A DNA stretch of 35,935 nt from an uncultured Candidatus Saccharibacteria bacterium (GTDB lineage Bacteria; Patescibacteriota; Saccharimonadia; Saccharimonadales; JAGQNJ01): positions 1-35,935 of the forward strand of contig CAZPAW010000001.1 in assembly GCA_964584895.1 (NCBI GenBank). Reading direction: 5' to 3'. A program made the position numbers and the translations under genes. How positions within the stretch are numbered: position 1 is the first letter of the stretch; every line of letters starts with the position of its first letter. Of the stretch, positions 34,173 through 35,935 are shown one piece after another. Below the pieces are notes generated by a model that was not told the DNA's origin, did no database searches, and worked only from the letters and a program-made list of their open reading frames with translations.

Positions 34173-35935
34173 CTATTCAGCCTCTTTCTTAACTGCTTTC
34201 ATGCTTAGGTTTAGACGACCTTTTTCATCGATTGCAACTAATTTAACTGTTACTTTTTCACCCTCTTTGATGAAATCGGCTACTTTTTCTACCCTCTTAT
34301 CACTAAGCTCGCTAACATGCACTAAACCTTCACGACCAGGCAAAATCTCGACAAAAATTCCGAAATCAAGAATGCTGACAACCCTACAATCTTTGTATAT
34401 TTTGCCTACTTCAGGATCTTCGGTTAATACTTTAACCCATTGTACAGCCTTTTCGCGCGAATCAGCGTCGCTTGATGAAATCATAACCGTTCCATCATCA
34501 TTAATATCAATCTCGGCACCAGTTTCAGCGATTATCTTATTGATTGTCTCCCCACCCTTTCCGATCACATCTCGAATCCGATCTGGATTAATGGTAATCT
34601 TATCGATTCGTGGAGCATGTGGACTCAATTCTTTTCTAGGTTCAGCAATAGTTGAAAGCATGTGTTCAAGTATTTTTGCTCGCCCGGCCTTACCTTGCTC
34701 GAGGGCTTTACTCAAAACATCTATGCCAAGACCGTGGACTTTCATATCCATCTGCAGTGCAGTAATACCATTTTTTGTACCAGTAACCTTAAAGTCCATA
34801 TCACCAGCAAAATCTTCTGCATCAGCAATATCACTAAGTATTACCACCTTATCGCCATCCTTCATTAATCCCATAGCGATACCACTAACTGGGTTTTTGA
34901 TTGGGACTCCGGCGTCCATTAATGCCAAACAGCTTGAACATGTTGCGGCCATACTAGTACTACCATGTTGACTCATAATCTCGGTGACTGTTCTTATAGT
35001 GTACGGAAATTCTTCCTCGCTAGGAATTACTGGTAGTAAGGCGCGTTCAGCAAGATAACCGTGGCCAATTTCTCGACGTCCTGGACCCATTAATCTTTTC
35101 ACCTCGCCGATTGTATAGCCCGGCGCATTATAATGATGCAAGTACCGGCGTTGTTTATCAAATTCCATGGTATCGACAATCTGAGAATAGCTAAGAGGCG
35201 CTAATGTAACAATGTTCATGCCTTGCGTTAAACCTCTAGTGAACAAACTTGAACCATGCGCTCGTGGTAAAAAGCCAACTTCACTAGATAGTTGTCGAAT
35301 TTCTTCAAACCCACGACCATCTGGACGTAGCCCGTCCTCTAAAATACCTTTTCGGACGTCTTTATTGGCCGCTACCCCAAAAGCTTCTTCGTAATCATTT
35401 TTTACATCTTCGAATTCATCACCTAGTTTTTCTTCAAAATGAACAAGCATCGCTTCGCGAAGTTCGTGCATTTTTTCATGTCTAGTTGGATAATCTGTGC
35501 GGATTTTATCGCCCATCTTGCCATCTAACCAAGCGTTAACTTCATTTTGGATATCTTCACTTGGTAGGCTTAAGGTATATTCTTGTGCGGTTACCCCAAC
35601 TTTTTTAACTAGTTCTTTTTGCAATGCAATAGCCGGTTGCATAGCATCAAATGCAAACTGTAGCGCTTTTGTTACATCTGCCTCACTAACCTCATTTGCA
35701 CCTGCTTCTACCATCATGATTGCTTTGTCGGTTCCAGCCACAAACAAGTCTAATTTTCCTTCATTTAGTTCTGATGCAGTGCCAAATGTCGAAAATTCTC
35801 CATTACTATCAATACCGACGCGCACCCCTGCTACAGGTCCTTCAAATGGGGCTCCAGTCAGCATGAATGCCGTACTAGTTGCAATCATTGCAATGGCATC
35901 AGGCCTAAAGTCGGGATCCATGCTAAGCACACTAG
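34173..35935 (-). CDS. pnp: Polynucleotide phosphorylase (partial; N-terminus lies beyond the window end)
   Basis: Two RNase PH domains, GDMDFKVTGT, KH domain (IGKGGETINKI), S1 domain (GKIYKDCRVVSILDFGIFVEILPGREGLVHVSEL). The frame stays open to the window edge. Confidence 0.92.
   Translation of the reverse strand, partial: SVLSMDPDFRPDAIAMIATSTAFMLTGAPFEGPVAGVRVGIDSNGEFSTFGTASELNEGKLDLFVAGTDKAIMMVEAGANEVSEADVTKALQFAFDAMQPAIALQKELVKKVGVTAQEYTLSLPSEDIQNEVNAWLDGKMGDKIRTDYPTRHEKMHELREAMLVHFEEKLGDEFEDVKNDYEEAFGVAANKDVRKGILEDGLRPDGRGFEEIRQLSSEVGFLPRAHGSSLFTRGLTQGMNIVTLAPLSYSQIVDTMEFDKQRRYLHHYNAPGYTIGEVKRLMGPGRREIGHGYLAERALLPVIPSEEEFPYTIRTVTEIMSQHGSTSMAATCSSCLALMDAGVPIKNPVSGIAMGLMKDGDKVVILSDIADAEDFAGDMDFKVTGTKNGITALQMDMKVHGLGIDVLSKALEQGKAGRAKILEHMLSTIAEPRKELSPHAPRIDKITINPDRIRDVIGKGGETINKIIAETGAEIDINDDGTVMISSSDADSREKAVQWVKVLTEDPEVGKIYKDCRVVSILDFGIFVEILPGREGLVHVSELSDKRVEKVADFIKEGEKVTVKLVAIDEKGRLNLSMKAVKKEAE

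Noticed and set aside
34132-34971. 279-aa plus-strand ORF
   Set aside because: It is entirely antisense to the PNPase gene, whose RNase PH, KH and S1 motifs are unambiguous. Its S/L/P/I-rich composition is typical of an antisense shadow ORF.

Overview
This is a 35.9-kb, gene-dense, AT-rich bacterial fragment, almost entirely coded on the minus strand. The gene content points to a CPR/Patescibacteria organism, probably Saccharibacteria-like: a secretin-less type IV pilus cluster, a compact housekeeping set and many overlapping start/stop codons. That assignment is an inference, not a demonstrated fact. The window has three blocks. (1) 1 to about 6.8 kb is an accessory island next to the 3' end of a class II tRNA. 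It starts with a large serine recombinase whose 3' end runs into the tRNA. It also holds a 775-bp ORF-free stretch full of direct and inverted repeats and hairpins, two membrane-anchored surface proteins (one with a CHAP-like domain that seems to lack its catalytic His and Glu), an orphan helical protein, and a translationally coupled two-gene module whose second protein carries an RNxxxH (HEPN-type) motif. The HEPN module and the structured ORF-free locus are my best candidates for something undescribed. (2) 8.5 to 23.1 kb is a complete co-oriented type IV pilus cluster (pilM-N-O, small TM protein, pilB-T-C, pilA, pilD, three pseudopilins, PilX-like). It is preceded by a 1023-aa chimeric membrane-anchored protein with a PpiD/SurA-like N-terminal half and a Cys-rich C-terminal half. 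That gene shares an identical 14-nt upstream motif with the major pilin gene. (3) The rest is housekeeping: ndk and xerC/D at 7.0 to 8.5 kb, then from 23.2 to 35.9 kb ychF, a PH-domain protein, a Crp/Fnr regulator, a PRTase, tlyA, efp, rpsR, ssb, rpsF, ftsK, rnj, udg and a truncated pnp. All functional calls come from motif and family recognition by eye. No database search was run.
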